Assembly: GCA_963782055.1 (NCBI GenBank)
Contig: CAWAIF010000003.1
Coordinates: 1,440,001 to 1,504,000, forward strand
DNA from: an uncultured delta proteobacterium
Lineage (GTDB): Bacteria; Myxococcota_A; Polyangia; Polyangiales; Polyangiaceae
Reading direction: 5' to 3'
DNA: 64,000 bases
Both the position numbers and the translations under genes were made by a program. Below the pieces are notes generated by a model. That model had not been told where the DNA came from and did not search any database. It worked only from the letters and a program-made list of their open reading frames with translations. Positions within the stretch are counted from its first letter, which is position 1. Each line of letters starts with the position of its first letter. Shown here piece by piece: positions 21,632 to 32,893 of this stretch.

Positions 21632-22816
21632 ATGCCGAAGACGGCCGACTCCACCGAGGCGGTGCACGCGGGCGAGCGGGCCGAGAAGGCGTTCGACGCG
21701 GTGCCCGAGCCCATCGTCCAGACATCGACCTACACCTTCGCCGACACGGCGGAGGTGGTGGCGATGACCGAGGGGCGGCATCCGCGCGGCGAGCGAGACG
21801 AGTACGGCCGCTATGGCAACCCGACGTGCCGGAGCGTGGAGGCGCGCGCCGCCGCGCTGGAGGGCACCGAGGACGCCGCCCTGTTCGCGAGCGGCATGGC
21901 CGCCGTGACCACGGCGATCCTCGCGCTGGTCAAGCAGGACCAGCATGTCGTCCTCTTCGCCGACTGCTACCGCATGACGCGCGAGTTCGTGACCACGACA
22001 CTCGCCGGCTTCGGCGTCTCGTGCACGCTCGTCCCCGCCGCGGACGTGGGCGCGCTCCGGAGCGCGCTCCGGCCGGAGACGCGGCTGGTCGTGAGCGAGT
22101 CGCCGACCAACCCGTACCTGCGCTGCGTCGACCTGGAGGCGCTCGTCGCCGCGTGCAAGGGGCGCCGCGGCCTGAAGACCCTCATCGACGCGACCTTCGC
22201 CACGCCGGTGCACTGCCGGCCGGCGAGCTACGGCGTGGACCTGGTGGTCCACAGCGCGACGAAGTACCTGGGCGGGCACCACGACGTGCTCGCCGGTCTG
22301 GTGTGCGGCCCGCGGCCGCTCGTCTCCGCCATCCGTGATCTGCGCGGCACGCTCGGCAACGTCTGCGACCCGCACGCGGCGTTCCTCGTCGGTCGCGGGA
22401 TGAAGACGCTCGCGCTGCGCATGCGCCAGCACGCCGCGAGCGCCCAGGCGGTGGCGGAGTGGCTGGAGAGGCACCCGGCCGTCGAGCGCGTGCATTACCC
22501 CGGGCTCGCCTCGCACCCGGACCACGCGGTGGCCACGCGCCAGATGGCCGGCTTCGGTGGGGTGGTGAGCTTCGTGGTGCGCGGCGGTCTCCAGGCCGCC
22601 TCACGCGTCGTCGATGGCTGCCGGCTCGCGCGCATCGGTCCGAGCTTCGGTGGGCCGGAGACCCTCGTCGAGCAGCCGGCGATCATGAGCTTTTACGCGA
22701 TGACCGCCGAGGAGCGGCGCGCCGCCGGGATCGAGGACGGCCTGATCCGCCTGGCCATCGGCCTGGAGGAGACGAAGGACGTGATCGCCGACCTGGAGTC
22801 CGCGCTCCTGGCCTGA
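21632..22816 (+). CDS. metB: Cystathionine gamma-synthase family PLP enzyme
   Basis: YGRYGNPT, FASGMAA, ESPTNP, DATFATP, HSATKYLGGH, LIRLAIGLE. Specificity within the Cys/Met family is uncertain. Confidence 0.85.
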   Translation: MPKTADSTEAVHAGERAEKAFDAVPEPIVQTSTYTFADTAEVVAMTEGRHPRGERDEYGRYGNPTCRSVEARAAALEGTEDAALFASGMAAVTTAILALVKQDQHVVLFADCYRMTREFVTTTLAGFGVSCTLVPAADVGALRSALRPETRLVVSESPTNPYLRCVDLEALVAACKGRRGLKTLIDATFATPVHCRPASYGVDLVVHSATKYLGGHHDVLAGLVCGPRPLVSAIRDLRGTLGNVCDPHAAFLVGRGMKTLALRMRQHAASAQAVAEWLERHPAVERVHYPGLASHPDHAVATRQMAGFGGVVSFVVRGGLQAASRVVDGCRLARIGPSFGGPETLVEQPAIMSFYAMTAEERRAAGIEDGLIRLAIGLEETKDVIADLESALLA

Positions 22817-22860
22817 CGACTCCGAACCTTGCCATGGCCCTCTGCGCTAGACTGTGCGCC

Positions 22861-24150
22861 ATGCCCTCTTCCAAGACACTCCTCGCGCTTGCCGTGACTT
22901 CGGTCCTCGTCCCGGCGTGTTCCAGCTCCGCGCCGGAGGGGCCGCCGTGCCCGCCGGGCGTCGCCTGCACCTCCTTCGGCGCGGGCGTCGACGAGCAGAC
23001 CATCCAGGACGCCTTCGCCACGGCGACGGACGGGGAGCTCTTGCTCTTCGGGGCGGGCACCTTCGAGCTGACGAACACGCTGACGGTCGCCGCGAACAAC
23101 GTGACCATCCAGGGGCAGGGGATGGACCAGACCATCCTGGACTTCAAGGGTCAGAAGGCCGGCAGCGAGGGCGTCTTCGCGCAGAGCGTCCAGAACATCA
23201 CGCTCGACAGCTTCACGGTGCGCGACACCACCGGCAACGCGGTCAAGATCCTGGGCGCCACCGGCGTCATCATCCGCAAGGTGCACGCGACGTGGACCTC
23301 CGACGACGCGGCGAGCCACGGCGGCTACGGCCTCTACCCCGTGCAGTCGAAGAACGTGCTCGTGGAGGACAGCATCGCCGACGGTGCGTCGGACTCCGGC
23401 ATCTACCTCGGGCAGTCGCAGAACGCGGTGCTGCGCCGCAACGAGGTGCACGACAACGTCGCCGGCCTGGAGGTGGAGAACACCTACGACGCCGACGTCT
23501 ACGAGAACAACGCCCACGACAACACCGGCGGCATCCTGGTCTTCGACCTGCCGGGCCTGCCGCAGCTGGGCGGCCACGGGGTGCGCGTCTATAGCAACCA
23601 GATCGTGAGCAACAACACCGACAACTTCGCCGCGCCGGGCAACACGGTGGGCCTGGTCCCGCGCGGGACGGGCTTCCTGGTCATGGCCAACAGCCAGGTG
23701 GAGGTCTACGGCAACACCTTCAAGGACAACGCCACCGGCAACAGCGCCATCCTGAGCTACTTCGTCACGCAGCAGGACATCAAGGACCCCAACTATTACC
23801 CGTACCCGAGCCAGATCTACTTCCACGACAACACCTACTCGGGCGGAGGCACGGCGCCGGACGCCAAGAAGCAGATGGGGATCCTGCTCTCCACGGCGCT
23901 GCCCAAGTTCGCGGGCAACGTGGTGCCCAACCTCATCTGGGACGGGATCGTCGACTCGGCCAAGACCGACCCGAACAACCCGATGCAGATCTGCATCCAC
24001 AACAACGGGCCGGACTCCTTCGCCGACCTGCACTTCGACAAGCTCGACACCAACGCGCCGGACCTGGGCGCCATCCTCACGACCGACTCCACCAACTACC
24101 AGTGCACGCTGCCGTCGTTGCCGCCGGTGAGCTTCCCCGGCCTGAATTGA
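22861..24150 (+). CDS. Parallel beta-helix repeat lipoprotein
   Basis: Lipobox VPAC; YGLYPVQS, GASDSGIYLGQS, NVAGLEVEN, NTGGILVFDLP, NTDNFAAPGN. Confidence 0.9.
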   Translation: MPSSKTLLALAVTSVLVPACSSSAPEGPPCPPGVACTSFGAGVDEQTIQDAFATATDGELLLFGAGTFELTNTLTVAANNVTIQGQGMDQTILDFKGQKAGSEGVFAQSVQNITLDSFTVRDTTGNAVKILGATGVIIRKVHATWTSDDAASHGGYGLYPVQSKNVLVEDSIADGASDSGIYLGQSQNAVLRRNEVHDNVAGLEVENTYDADVYENNAHDNTGGILVFDLPGLPQLGGHGVRVYSNQIVSNNTDNFAAPGNTVGLVPRGTGFLVMANSQVEVYGNTFKDNATGNSAILSYFVTQQDIKDPNYYPYPSQIYFHDNTYSGGGTAPDAKKQMGILLSTALPKFAGNVVPNLIWDGIVDSAKTDPNNPMQICIHNNGPDSFADLHFDKLDTNAPDLGAILTTDSTNYQCTLPSLPPVSFPGLN

Positions 24151-24152
24151 GG

Positions 24153-25238
24153 ATGCGCGCGGTCGGCACCCGGTTGCTCATGGCCGGCGCGCTCGCCCTC
24201 GCGGCTGCGGGGGTGTCCTGCGGCGGGGGGGACACGTGCACGCCCGGCGGGGACGGCACCTACCTCACCAGGCCGTACCCCACGCTGGACGGGTACTGCG
24301 TGGTGTCCATGCAGGATGCGACCATCGTCCCGAAGGCGGGCGTGGTGCCCTACGACGAGAGCACGCCGCTCTTCTCCGACTACGCGTCCAAGTTCCGCAC
24401 GGTGTGGATCCCGCCGGGGAAGTCGGCGACGTACACCGCCGACGGGCCGATGGACTTCCCCGTCGGGACCATCGTCACCAAGTCCTTCGGCTTCCCGGCG
24501 GACGTGCGCAACCCGCAGCCTGTCACCTGGGTGGAGACACGGGTGATGGTGCGGCGGGAGAGCGGCTGGTTCGGCGTCGCCTACGTGTGGGACAAGGACC
24601 AGAAGAAGGCGACGATCCAGCCGGGCGGCTCGCTGCACGAGATCTCCTTCGTCAAGCCGAGCGGCGCGCCGGCCACGAGCGACTACCTGGTGCCCAGCCA
24701 GAACGAGTGCATCAAGTGCCACGAGGACCTCGGCACCATCGTGCCGATCGGCCTGCGCGCGGCGCGCATCAACCACGACTACCCGTACCCCGGGGGCACG
24801 GAGAACCAGCTGGATCACTGGGCGCGCCTCGGCATCCTGCAGGGCGCGCCGGCGAGCGATCAGGCGCCGCGGCTGGTGGCCTGGGACGACACCTCCCAGC
24901 CGGTGGAGGCGCGCGCGCGGGCGTACCTGGAGGCCAACTGCTCGCACTGCCACAGCGAGACGGGCGAGGCGCGCACGACAGGGCTCTTCCTCGGCAACGC
25001 GGTGACCGACCCGTACAAGTACGGCGTGTGCAAGAACCCGGTGGCCACCGGCCAGGCGTCCTCCGACCTGACCTACGACGTGGTGCCCGGGCAGCCCGAC
25101 CGGTCCATCCTCGTCTTCCGCGTGCAGTCCACGCAGCCGAGCATCGCCATGCCGGAGATCGGCCGCAGCGTGGTGCACGACGAGGGCGTCGCGCTGCTGC
25201 GCGACTGGATCACCGGCCTCCCCGGCCAGTGCCAGTAG
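24153..25238 (+). CDS. SO2930-family diheme c-type cytochrome lipoprotein
   Basis: PLFSDYASKFR, FPVGTIVTKSF, ETR, CIKCH and CSHCH, MPEIGR; the usual partner of the upstream beta-helix protein. Confidence 0.9.
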   Translation: MRAVGTRLLMAGALALAAAGVSCGGGDTCTPGGDGTYLTRPYPTLDGYCVVSMQDATIVPKAGVVPYDESTPLFSDYASKFRTVWIPPGKSATYTADGPMDFPVGTIVTKSFGFPADVRNPQPVTWVETRVMVRRESGWFGVAYVWDKDQKKATIQPGGSLHEISFVKPSGAPATSDYLVPSQNECIKCHEDLGTIVPIGLRAARINHDYPYPGGTENQLDHWARLGILQGAPASDQAPRLVAWDDTSQPVEARARAYLEANCSHCHSETGEARTTGLFLGNAVTDPYKYGVCKNPVATGQASSDLTYDVVPGQPDRSILVFRVQSTQPSIAMPEIGRSVVHDEGVALLRDWITGLPGQCQ

Positions 25239-25240
25239 CC

Positions 25241-26062
25241 TCAGCGCGCCGCGTCGTAGCCGCGGGCGCGCGCGGCGCGCAGCATGTGGCGCAGCGGCTC
25301 GAAGTGATCGCCGGTGGGCACGCGGAAGTGCGTGGTGCTGAGAAGATCCGTCAGCGGCCCGCGCGAGGGCTCGTCGGCGTGCAGCAGCCAGCGCACGAGG
25401 GCGGAGCGATCGGTCGCGGAGGTGCTGCGCGCCGCGAGGATGGCGTCGTTGGGCACCGGGCCGACGATGTGGGCGATCTCCATCTGCCGGATGGGGTGGC
25501 CGTCGGCGCGCAGCCACCCGGCGTTCATCACCGCCCTGGTGACGGGGTGGATGCGGCACCAGCTCGTGCCGACGTCCACGGTCCCGGTGGCGACGGCGTC
25601 GAGCATCGCCATGTGTGTCTCGGCGAAGGACTCCTTGGAGAAGAAGTCGCGTGGGTCCCACCCGCGGGCGAACAGGTGCAGGCGCGGGACGACGTAGCCG
25701 GAGGCGCTGCGACGATCGAGCCACATCACGCGCCTGCCACGCAGCTCCTCCAGCGAGCGCGGGCCGCCATGGCGCACCACGAAGGCGACGCTGGAGGTGA
25801 GCAGGCCATGGCGCTCCGGCAGGGCGACGACGACGCCGAGCCCGCGGTCGAGCAGATCGAGCGCGACGATGGGCGGCGCCCAGGCGAGCTTGATCGTACC
25901 CGCCTCCAGCGCCTCGCCGAGCGCCTCGTAGCTGGGGAGGTGGCGCGGGACGATGCGCAGCCCCGTCTGCCGCGAGCCGGCGTGACACAGCTCGGCGAAG
26001 CGCAAGACGGCGCCGGCGGCCAGCCTGCATGCGCCGAAGCCCAGCTCACCATCCCCCGTCAT
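25241..26062 (-). CDS. PhnD-like phosphate/phosphonate-binding fold protein
   Basis: PSYEALGEAL, DRRSASGYVVP, THMAMLDAVATGTVDVG, VPNDAI; no signal peptide seen. Confidence 0.75.
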   Translation of the reverse strand: MTGDGELGFGACRLAAGAVLRFAELCHAGSRQTGLRIVPRHLPSYEALGEALEAGTIKLAWAPPIVALDLLDRGLGVVVALPERHGLLTSSVAFVVRHGGPRSLEELRGRRVMWLDRRSASGYVVPRLHLFARGWDPRDFFSKESFAETHMAMLDAVATGTVDVGTSWCRIHPVTRAVMNAGWLRADGHPIRQMEIAHIVGPVPNDAILAARSTSATDRSALVRWLLHADEPSRGPLTDLLSTTHFRVPTGDHFEPLRHMLRAARARGYDAAR

Positions 26063-26115
26063 CTGCGAAGAACTCTATCGGCAATCGGTTGACGCATCAA
26101 CGGCCAACGGCGCGA

Positions 26116-26985
26116 TCAGCCGCCGTCGAGTGTCCGCGCGAAGGCGGTGATGCGCGCGGAGAGGGCGGCCGGGGCGTCCACGTGGGGGCAGTGGCCGAAG
26201 CCGAGCGGGCGCTCGACGCGGGCGTGGCGCGGCAGGTGCTTCTCGAAGTACGCCAGGTGCGAGGGCGGGAGCAGCCGCTCCGACTGCCCCCACACCAGGA
26301 GGATGGGCATGGGCAGCGCGGCCAGCTCTTCCGGGGTGGGGAGGTGCTCGTTGGTGGCGGCGGCCAGCAGCTCGCGCACGGCGGGGCGCTGGCCGATGGT
26401 GGCCGGCAGCTCGAAGGCCACCAGGGGGATGAACCACGGGGGCCGGTGGTAGACGCGCCGCAAAAACTCGCGCGCCTCGCCGGTGTTCGCGAGCTCGAAG
26501 ACGCGGCGGAGCGCGCGCCACTCGGCATCGGTGGAGTGCGCGCCGGCGGGGGACACCAGCACCAGGCCGCGCACCCGCTCCGGGTGGGCGACGGCGTACT
26601 GGAGCGCCAGCGCGCCGCCGAGCGAGTTGCCGACGACGATGGACGGCTCGGGCACGAGGCGCTCGAGGGTGAGGCGCACCGAGTCGAAGAGCGCGGTGGG
26701 GTCGAGGGGCGTGCGGCTGTCGCTGCTGAAGCCGTGGCCGGGGTAGTCCGGCGCGACCACGCGCTTCATGTTGGGGCGCAGGCGGGCAAGCACAGGACCG
26801 AAGGGCGTCGCCGCGGACCCGATGCCGTGCAAGAGCACCGTCGTCGGCAGCGAGCCTCCGCCCGGTGCGTCGTAGACGTGGACGGTCCCCTGCGGGGTCT
26901 CCACCCAGCGCGTGTCGACGCCGCGTCGGCGCAGCGCCCTGCGGCCAAGCCGCTCCGCGAGCGGGATGAGGATGGGAGGCACCAT
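26116..26985 (-). CDS. Alpha/beta hydrolase
   Basis: LLHGIG, PDYPGHG, GNSLGG, GHCPH. Confidence 0.9.
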   Translation of the reverse strand: MVPPILIPLAERLGRRALRRRGVDTRWVETPQGTVHVYDAPGGGSLPTTVLLHGIGSAATPFGPVLARLRPNMKRVVAPDYPGHGFSSDSRTPLDPTALFDSVRLTLERLVPEPSIVVGNSLGGALALQYAVAHPERVRGLVLVSPAGAHSTDAEWRALRRVFELANTGEAREFLRRVYHRPPWFIPLVAFELPATIGQRPAVRELLAAATNEHLPTPEELAALPMPILLVWGQSERLLPPSHLAYFEKHLPRHARVERPLGFGHCPHVDAPAALSARITAFARTLDGG

Positions 26986-27063
26986 GGGTCCAAGATAGGC
27001 ACGAAATGCCGCAAAGGAAGCGTTTGTGTCGCCTCCCGCCGGCGGCCGAGGCTCGCGGGCGTG

Positions 27064-27468
27064 TCAGCGCTTGCGCGGACCCAGCCAGACGCGCTCGCGT
27101 CGCTCGGCGACGAGCTTGTCGTAGCGCGCCTGCTGATCGGGCCGGAGGACCGCGCGGATGTCGGCGTCCACCTTGGTCTTGTGATCACGCAGCGGCTGGC
27201 CGCACCGCTGGAGCATGGCGCGGCTGAGCTGCCGCGAGTCGTCGCGGTCCGTCTGGAGGATGGTCCGGATGCGGGACTCCTGATCGGCGTCGAGGTCCAG
27301 CTTGCGCGAGAGGGCGTGCAGGCGGCGGCTCTCGAACTCCTTGCCGTCCTCCCGCAGGAGCGCGGCGTGGCGCTGATCGCTGTACGCGAACATCGCGCCC
27401 CCGCCTGCGGCCGCGCCCAGCACGAACACCACGGCGAGGACCAGGTAGCCTTTGGTCTTGCTCGTCAC
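27064..27468 (-). CDS. Membrane-anchored periplasmic helical protein (Spy/CpxP-like)
   Basis: TM VLAVVFVLGAAAGG, LSRKLDLDADQ..IRAVLRPDQQARY; GTGA overlap with the upstream gene. Confidence 0.7.
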   Translation of the reverse strand: MTSKTKGYLVLAVVFVLGAAAGGGAMFAYSDQRHAALLREDGKEFESRRLHALSRKLDLDADQESRIRTILQTDRDDSRQLSRAMLQRCGQPLRDHKTKVDADIRAVLRPDQQARYDKLVAERRERVWLGPRKR

Positions 27469-27746
27469 CAGTCCAGCTCCACGGCATCGTACGAGCTGGC
27501 GAGAGCGTCGTCGAAGGTGTGTGCGCTGTGCACCGCCCACGTCACGCCGAGCACCGCCGCGAGCGCCGCCACCGGGAGCAGTCGCCAGGCGGTGCGCGGG
27601 AGGTCGGCGAGCCAGCTCGTCTCCGCCGGCTTCGCGGCGCCCACCGCGCCCATCACCCGCGCGGAGAAGCCGGCGCGAGGCGCCACGCCCTCGGTGGCCT
27701 TCGCCAGGCGCGCCAGGCGCGCGTCCATGTCTTCGGGATCGGTCAC
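27465..27746 (-). CDS. Putative anti-sigma factor (single TM)
   Basis: APRAGFSARVM followed by a TM; translationally coupled (GTGA) to the ECF sigma gene. Confidence 0.7.
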   Translation of the reverse strand: MTDPEDMDARLARLAKATEGVAPRAGFSARVMGAVGAAKPAETSWLADLPRTAWRLLPVAALAAVLGVTWAVHSAHTFDDALASSYDAVELDW

Positions 27747-28267
27747 GACTCGTTCCTCCTTTGCCGCAGCGTGGTCCTCGCCCGCACCAGCCGCTGCTCC
27801 ACCGCGCCCTCGCTGCAGTCCATGATCTCGGCGATCTCCGCCGACGACATGCCTTCCACCACCTTGAGCACCAGCGCCGTCTGCTGCTCCTCCGGTAGCT
27901 GGCCCAGCCAGTCGGCGAGCTCGCGCAGCGCCACCGTGGCGTCCGCCGAGGCGGCGCCGTCCCAGCCCGGGTCCACCAGCTCGTCGGTCGCCGTGCGCTT
28001 GCGCTTGCGCTTCGCGTCGATGGTCGTGTTGACCACCACGCGGTAGAGCCACGTGGCGACGCGCGACCGGCCGTCGAACTGGCCGTCCACGAGCGCGCGA
28101 TACGCCTTCACGTACGCGTCCTGCACCACGTCCTCCGCATCTGCAACGTTTCCCAGCATCCTAGCGCTCAGCCTGACGAGCTTCGCGCTCGTCGCGTCCA
28201 CGATCTCCTGAAATGCCGACACCTCGCCCCGCGCCACGCGGCGGGCGGCGTCCTCGAGGTTGGTCAA
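27743..28267 (-). CDS. ECF RNA polymerase sigma factor
   Basis: DAEDVVQDAYVKAY, TWLYRVVVN, LPEEQQTALVL..EGMSSAEIAEIM..VEQRLVRAR. Confidence 0.93.
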   Translation of the reverse strand: MTNLEDAARRVARGEVSAFQEIVDATSAKLVRLSARMLGNVADAEDVVQDAYVKAYRALVDGQFDGRSRVATWLYRVVVNTTIDAKRKRKRTATDELVDPGWDGAASADATVALRELADWLGQLPEEQQTALVLKVVEGMSSAEIAEIMDCSEGAVEQRLVRARTTLRQRRNES

Positions 28268-28319
28268 TGCGTGTCTCCGCCGGCAAGGTTCAACGGACTC
28301 CTTGCATACAGGACGAACG

Positions 28320-29090
28320 GGGAGGGGGGGACCCTACGGAGGAGGGGAGGAATTTGCGTGGGGGCGTGAGGGGGCGCGGGCGCGGGGACGAGAGGGGGCG
28401 CGGGGGCGTGAGGGGGCGCGGGCGCGAGGGCGGGCGCGGGCGCGGGGGCGTGAGGGGGCGCGGGGGCGTGAGGGGGCGCGGGAGGGGGAGGGGGCGCGGG
28501 AGGGGGAGGGGGCGCGGGCGTGGGGGGAGGGGGTACGGGGAAGGGGCCCCACACAGTTCGAGCCGAGATCGTTAGCGAGCACATGAAGAGGCGCTTCGCC
28601 GGCATTTTGCCGTCTCCGATGCCCGAGCCCCCACCCCCTCTCCATCTGCCCCACCCTCGCGGCCCGCGGCCGGGCCCGCGCTCGCCCTCGCGCTTCGAGC
28701 CGAGATCGTTAGCGAGCACATGAAGAGGCGGTTCGCTGACATCCCGCTGGCCGCGACGGCCCCCACCCCTCTCCCTCTGCGCCCCCCTCGCAGCCCGGCT
28801 GCGCCCGCGCCCGCCCCCGCCCCCCGCGCTCGCGCCCGCCCTCCGCGCTCGCGCCCGCCCCCCGCGCTCGCGCCCGCCCCCGCGCCCGCGCCCGCCCCCG
28901 CGCTCGCGCCCACCCCCCGCGCTCGCGCCCGCCCCCCGCGCTCGCGCCCGCGCCCGCGCCCGCGCCCGCCCCCGCGCTCGCGCCCACCCCCCGCGCTCGC
29001 GCCCGCCCCCCGCGCTCGCGCCCGCGCCCGCGCCCGCGCCCGCCCCCGCGCTCGCGCCCGCCCCCCGCGCTCGCGCCCGCGCCCGCCCGA
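28320..29090. repeat. G-rich arm, 137-bp-period tandem duplication, C-rich arm
   Basis: G-run repeats at about 28360-28545; identical 37-mers at 28557-28593 and 28694-28730 with degenerate continuations; CCCCCGCGCTCGCGCCCG repeats at about 28800-29090. Confidence 0.85.
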
Positions 29091-29201
29091 GCCGTTTTCC
29101 CTAATGACATCGAGCGTATAGGGGCCATCCAACAAAACATCGCCCCAAACCGTAGGGTGACCCCCGGCGCCGTCGTCGGAACGGGCATAGGAGGTTCCAC
29201 G

Positions 29202-30245
29202 ATGCGATCGACGAAGGTTCTGGTTGGTGGTCTTTTTGCGCTGCTTCTCGCTGCCTGCTCCGGTGCGGACGCTGGACAGTCTCAGCAGGCGAGCCTCGGC
29301 ACGGCGAGCAATCAGGTGCAGGAGAGCGCGCACCACGACCCCGCGCGCTTCCTCCAGCATTTCGACAAGAACGGCGACGGCAAGGTGCAGGTCTCCGAGC
29401 TCCCCGCGAAGATGCAGGAGCGTCTCGGCAAGGCCGACACGAACGGTGACGGCGTGATCTCGCCCGAGGAGATGCAGGCCCGCTTCGCCGAGATGAAGAA
29501 GGAGCGCTTCGCCAAGGCCGACAAGAACGGCGACGGCGCGCTCGACGCGACCGAGGTGGGCGCCCGGCGCTGGACGTTCATGCAGGCGGCGGACGCGAAC
29601 AAGGACGGCAAGGTCACGCCGGCCGAGATGGATCAGGCGCGCGCCTCCGGCGTCCTGAAGCAGCAGGCGAAGGCCCGCTTCGCGCAGATGAAGAAGGAGC
29701 GCTTCGCCAAGGCCGACAAGAACGGCGACGGCGCGCTCGACGCGACCGAGGTGGGCGCCAGGCGCTGGGCACGCATCCAGGTGGCCGACGCCGACAAGGA
29801 CGGCAAGGTGACCTCGGCCGAGCTGGACCAGGCGCGCACGTCCGGCCTGATCAAGCACGAGCACCGCGCCCGCTGGCACGGGGCCGAGGGCGCCAAGGGC
29901 GGCGAGAAGGGCCCGCGCGCCCGCTGGCACGGCGGCGACGGCGAGCACGCCGGCAAGGGCGAGCACGCGCGCCACGCGCGGTCGCCGGAGCAGATCATCG
30001 CCCGCTTCGACGCCAACAAGGACGGCATCCTGCAGACCTCCGAGATGCCCGACCGGATGCGCACCCGCCTGGAGCGCGCCGACACCAACAAGGACGGCGC
30101 GGTGACGAAGGAAGAGCTCACGGCCTTCCACGCGCAGATGAAGGCGGCGCGTGACGCCCGCCACGCGGCCGGCCCCTCCGGCGCGAGCGGCGCCCCCGGC
30201 GCGGCCGAGACCGCCCCGGCCCCCGGCGCCAACGTCGTGAAGTGA
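29202..30245 (+). CDS. Multi-EF-hand calcium-binding lipoprotein
   Basis: AGGAGG RBS; lipobox LAAC; eight DxNxDG-type loops; internal 195-bp duplication (29478 and 29673). Confidence 0.9.
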   Translation: MRSTKVLVGGLFALLLAACSGADAGQSQQASLGTASNQVQESAHHDPARFLQHFDKNGDGKVQVSELPAKMQERLGKADTNGDGVISPEEMQARFAEMKKERFAKADKNGDGALDATEVGARRWTFMQAADANKDGKVTPAEMDQARASGVLKQQAKARFAQMKKERFAKADKNGDGALDATEVGARRWARIQVADADKDGKVTSAELDQARTSGLIKHEHRARWHGAEGAKGGEKGPRARWHGGDGEHAGKGEHARHARSPEQIIARFDANKDGILQTSEMPDRMRTRLERADTNKDGAVTKEELTAFHAQMKAARDARHAAGPSGASGAPGAAETAPAPGANVVK

Positions 30246-30268
30246 GATCCGGAAACGCGTAACCCGCA

Positions 30269-30306
30269 CCGAGGGTGGGGCCACTACATGGTGGTCCCAC
30301 CCTCGG
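30269..30306 (+). terminator. 16-bp stem hairpin after the EF-hand gene
   Basis: CCGAGGGTGGGGCCAC-TACATG-GTGGTCCCACCCTCGG with one G-U pair; no U-tract, so the function is uncertain. Confidence 0.5.
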
Positions 30307-30327
30307 GCCATTTCGGAGGTCTCCTTC

Positions 30328-30690
30328 ATGCACACGGGTCTGCGCGCTTCCTTTGTCCTCTCGGCCGTCGCCCTCGGCCTGGCACTGCTCGGCGCCTGCG
30401 GCGGCGGCGGAGGCTCCACCGGCGACAGCTGCTCGTCCGCCGGCGGATGCGGTGGTGGCGTGTGCCTCCAGTCCTCCGACTTCCCCGGCGGCTACTGCTC
30501 GCAAGCGTGCAACCTGTCCGACCCCTCGAGCTGCCCCGGCGGCTCGGTGTGCATCGACGACGCCAGCGGCGCTCCCTCGGGCACGAAGGCGGTCTGCTAC
30601 AAGACCTGCAAGACGAACTCCGATTGCTCCCGTCCGGGGTTCGCCTGCCTGGAGAAGGCCAACCAGCTCGTGTGCCGCAACGGCGGCTGA
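30328..30690 (+). CDS. Small Cys-rich lipoprotein
   Basis: GGAGG RBS, LGAC lipobox, FPGGYCSQAC, CPGGSVC, CYKTC. Confidence 0.85.
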   Translation: MHTGLRASFVLSAVALGLALLGACGGGGGSTGDSCSSAGGCGGGVCLQSSDFPGGYCSQACNLSDPSSCPGGSVCIDDASGAPSGTKAVCYKTCKTNSDCSRPGFACLEKANQLVCRNGG

Positions 30691-30712
30691 CGGCGCGGCG
30701 CGCCCCGCGGCC

Positions 30713-32803
<2,091 letters not shown>

Positions 32804-32893
32804 GGTGCTGCCCGAGCCTTCAACCATGGCGGCGACGCGGGGGGAAGCTTGCTTTTTCGGGCGCGCTGCGCCTCGCGCGTCTATCCTCGCGCG

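Noticed and set aside
28557..28730. Two identical 37-bp repeats as a CRISPR array
   Set aside because: Only two copies, a 100-bp spacer that is itself degenerately repeated, and no cas genes.
28213..29200. RG-rich and PA-rich ORFs over the low-complexity block
   Set aside because: Translations of simple repeats in several frames, with no RBS or codon pattern.
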